Shown here: in pieces, positions 61,800 through 64,000 of the stretch
How positions within the stretch are numbered: the first letter of the stretch is position 1
Layout of the letters: the number at the start of each line of letters is the position of its first letter
NCBI GenBank assembly: GCA_964016885.1
Contig: OZ024743.1
Coordinates: 241,552,001-241,616,000, forward strand
Origin: Eledone cirrhosa
Taxonomy: Eukaryota
Reading direction: 5' to 3'
DNA length: 64,000 nucleotides
Translations under genes and position numbers: made by a program
The notes under the pieces: generated by a model
Seen by the model: only the letters and a program-made list of their open reading frames with translations
The model's database searches: none
What the model was told of the DNA's origin: nothing

Positions 61800-64000
61800 T
61801 AAATCTAGCTGTCGTCTGTTCTACAGTGTGGATGTCATTCACTTCGCACAGAAGTTTTGTTCAAATTTATTGAGGAAATTTTGTGAGTTCAAACTTAATT
61901 TTGATACAATTGTGTAGCTTGACCCTCCGTCTGAACTGTCAGGCGGTGGGTCAGCTCATCTTTACCCCTCCTAGAGGTGAAAAACCTGTTTTAAAAAATT
62001 TTGTGTAAAAAATTTCAATCGTCTAACAGAAATGTTAAACGCAGCGAACGAAAATAGTGGTGGGGGGACAGCGGTAAGAGTTGTAAGCTCGCACGCTTTA
62101 GTCCTCCCTTCCTTCCCAACTAACGTCATAGAGAAGGAAGGAAAAATTAAAATAAAAACGGACGAATCTGCGGAGAAAAAATTAAATGACGAAAACATAA
62201 ATCTGGACTTGGATTCCAACAACGAAAAAAAAAAAAATTTGAAAAATTGCATGACAATACTAATAACACAAACAAAGACACAACAAACAAAAAAATAACA
62301 GTTGAAAATAACACCATATCAGAAAACAAAGCAGACGACAAGATTTCATTTGCACAGAAAACAAAGAAATCTTTGACTTATATAGCGGAAAACATTTCAG
62401 ATGTGGTACGAAGGATCACGGACGCCAAACAATACATAAGTGAAGGTGAGAATGGTATTTTATCGGGAAAAATGCCTCAAGAATTCACGAAAGACATTGA
62501 AAGCCGAACGGTCAAGTTTCGGACCATCAACAACAGTACAAAAAAACCTGAACAGCCTTCTCAAGCAGATATCAAAACAGTACTCACAGAAGTACTGAAT
62601 GAAACAACTTTCATAAGAAAAGACAGACTGTATGGAAGCCTAGCAATTATCATGAAGAACGAATCGGCGGCAAAAAAATGTGCTTTGTCACCGATTCGTT
62701 CAAAAAATTTCACCTTTTATCCATCTTATATGGGGAAAAGAACTCAACGCATATGGCTGGATGCAATGATGCCAGATGTGGACTACTGCTGGCTCATAGC
62801 TGGCTTCATCGATCCAGTGAATGACAACGTGATTTCCATTGGGAAAACCACAGGCAATGCGTTCAGTGGAACAGGTATAGAGCTGGTAGTACAAATGAAG
62901 CCTGAACGCATCGCCCAAATACCCGACAGAATCCTATTAGAGGACCACGGGTATATAAACATTAGCGTGGAGGGGAGAAGGCCGTCCTGCCATATCTGTG
63001 CAGGCAGAGGGCACCTGAAGGCCGCTTGTCCCCAACTCAACAAAAAGAAAACCCTGCTACCAACACCAGCTCCACCACCACCACCACAACAGATAAACAA
63101 ACAACAAAACTCAGTCCCACCCAACCCGTCCCTCAGTAAAACCACAACACCACCACAACACAAACAGTCACAACACATTACCCCAAAACAAAATACAGGC
63201 CCACCCAACCTCTCACTCAATAAAACAACACAACCACCGCAGACACAACACACAACACAGTCTAACATAGTGACATCCATCTCCCCCACAAAGAAAACCA
63301 ACACGGAAACATTACCAGCAAACATACCTCTTCCCTCCAACACTGAAGATAACCCAACGAATTCGGAGGAAGAAACGGAGTCCTTCAGACAGATTAAAAG
63401 GAAAAAAAGAAAACATGTGCAAAACACACAAGGACAAACAACCCCCACCCAAATCGCAACACAATCCAACAAAACAGAAAACACCCCTCCAGCAACAAAC
63501 AAAACCAAACCTGCGCCTCCCCTCTTCGAAACACTCACACCATCGGAAAAAAAGACATTACACTATACTTACATCAACAGAAACAATAATAAGTTAAATG
63601 AACTCATATACAATAATCCTTCGGTACAAACCGAAGGTGTAAACTTTGTTTCGTCAGAAAACCACCCACATTTAAAACTAATAAAAATCCCAATGAACCT
63701 CTACCAAAAACTAAAAAAGGATTTTAAGGAGGACGTAGGACCACCCTCTGTCAAACCCATAAACCGCGTCCTACTAAAAAGCTTTCCCCCTCCCCTTCCC
63801 CTCCCCAACACAACTCCAAACACCCCAACCCCACCACACACTGACGACCCCACACCACCACAAGACACCCCATCACCCAACACCCCCGACCCCATGGAAG
63901 TCGTGCAACCCGAACCCCGGGAAGCGGAAAGGTAGGTCTCTACACTCTCCTTTGGCTCTGCCGCCCACATGGATGTGTTAAGAGTAGGATGTTTGAATGC
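61800..64000 (+). mobile_element. Tx1-clade LINE, copy 3 (runs off the window)
   Basis: Near-identical to copy 2 with a 5791-bp offset at the 5' end. Confidence 0.93.
62032..63935 (+). CDS. ORF1p of copy 3, split by a frameshift in the A-run near 62230
   Basis: ORFs 62032-62298 and 62247-63935 together match copy 2 ORF1, with a 21-bp insertion (INLDLDS). Confidence 0.8.

Noticed and set aside
56966-63538. 251-aa antisense ORFs over ORF1 in copies 2 and 3
   Set aside because: Expected from the A/C-rich sense strand; their repetition just reflects copy identity.

Overview
AT-rich, microsatellite-laden animal DNA. The repeat content resembles a coleoid cephalopod such as Octopus (inference). 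I can support no host gene; essentially everything interpretable is retroelement-derived. (1) 2-6 kb: a cluster of tRNA-derived SINEs sitting in a degenerate ~42-bp minisatellite. (2) 12-51 kb: a dense pile-up of Penelope-like elements (PLEs) in and around (TA)n tracts. It includes a young 5.8-kb palindrome of two head-to-head Naiad-type RT/GIY-YIG copies, older Naiad- and Neptune-type remnants, about 18 intact or decayed type-I hammerhead ribozyme (HHR) motifs, non-coding HHR fold-back units that read as circularly permuted monomers (retrozyme-like), and SINEs with PLE-like features. RTE, CRE, R4/NeSL-like and mariner fossils are interspersed. (3) 50.7-64 kb: three head-to-tail Tx1-clade LINEs, each bounded by (TATC)n. 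The most promising candidate system is a (TA)n-targeted, hammerhead-based PLE ecosystem: an autonomous-type driver, circular non-coding parasites, SINE/HHR chimeras, and mirror (inverted) duplication of flanks. All alignments and folds were done by eye; coordinates of degenerate features are approximate.
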